From Rhodanobacteraceae bacterium (lineage in GTDB: Bacteria; Pseudomonadota; Gammaproteobacteria; Xanthomonadales; Rhodanobacteraceae): DNA of 36,989 bases. Within the stretch, counting starts at the first letter, position 1, and every line of letters begins with the position of its first letter. The translations under genes and the position numbers were made by a program. The notes beneath the pieces are model-generated. The model made no database searches, was not told where the DNA came from, and worked only from the letters and a program-made list of their open reading frames with translations. The stretch is from assembly GCA_049588955.1 (NCBI GenBank), contig JBAVZT010000483.1, positions 1-36,989 of the forward strand. Direction: 5' to 3'. Below are positions 36,878-36,989 of the stretch, in pieces.

Positions 36878-36989
36878 ATGTCACGGATTCATGGATTCTG
36901 CGTGCTGTGGGCCGCTGGTGTCGTGCTGGCGCTGCTTGTTCCGATCGGTAGTGCACAAGCTACAGCCAAGGAGCGGATTCTTCACGCGT
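36878..36989 (+). CDS. Secreted protein, 5' part only (possibly a tandem-repeat beta-propeller surface protein)
   Basis: AGGAGG SD; MSRIHGFCVLWAAGVVLALLVPIGSAQA signal peptide followed by TAKERILHA; not in the ORF track because it runs off the window. Confidence 0.7.
   Translation, partial: MSRIHGFCVLWAAGVVLALLVPIGSAQATAKERILHA

Noticed and set aside
1..36989. CRISPR arrays, tRNA/rRNA, IS elements, integrons
   Set aside because: No regularly spaced repeats, RNA gene signatures, transposase/integrase ORFs or terminal inverted repeats seen by eye

Overview
GC-rich bacterial chromosomal window with about 31 protein-coding genes. I found no rRNA, tRNA, CRISPR array, integrase or transposase. 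Gene content (ppc, kup, PadR-sensor pair, choice-of-anchor Q and FG-GAP secreted proteins ending in D-x-[IV]-F-x-D-G-F-[DE]) suggests a Xanthomonadales/Rhodanobacteraceae-like gammaproteobacterium, which is an inference. The best leads are: (1) a shared C-terminal 'DxxFxxGF[DE]' tag on three unrelated secreted proteins, one of them translationally coupled to a fibre-like protein; (2) a locus with a wHTH-STAND-TPR regulator, DUF4242, a Cys/His-rich secreted protein, a di-heme peroxidase-like protein and a degenerate cyclase-FHA, plus tandem operator-like palindromes; (3) an ECF sigma factor coupled to a non-canonical Cys-rich partner; (4) a Tat-signal aldo/keto reductase next to a nucleotide-antiporter-like MFS; (5) an M13 peptidase gene collapsed to 191 bp by internal deletion and not recognisable in the ORF track; (6) a fused, partly degenerate nucleotidyltransferase-small protein gene; (7) a sigma-54 promoter in front of an orphan ABC permease; (8) a Shine-Dalgarno separated from the PadR start by a hairpin. 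All family calls come from motif recognition; no database searches were run.
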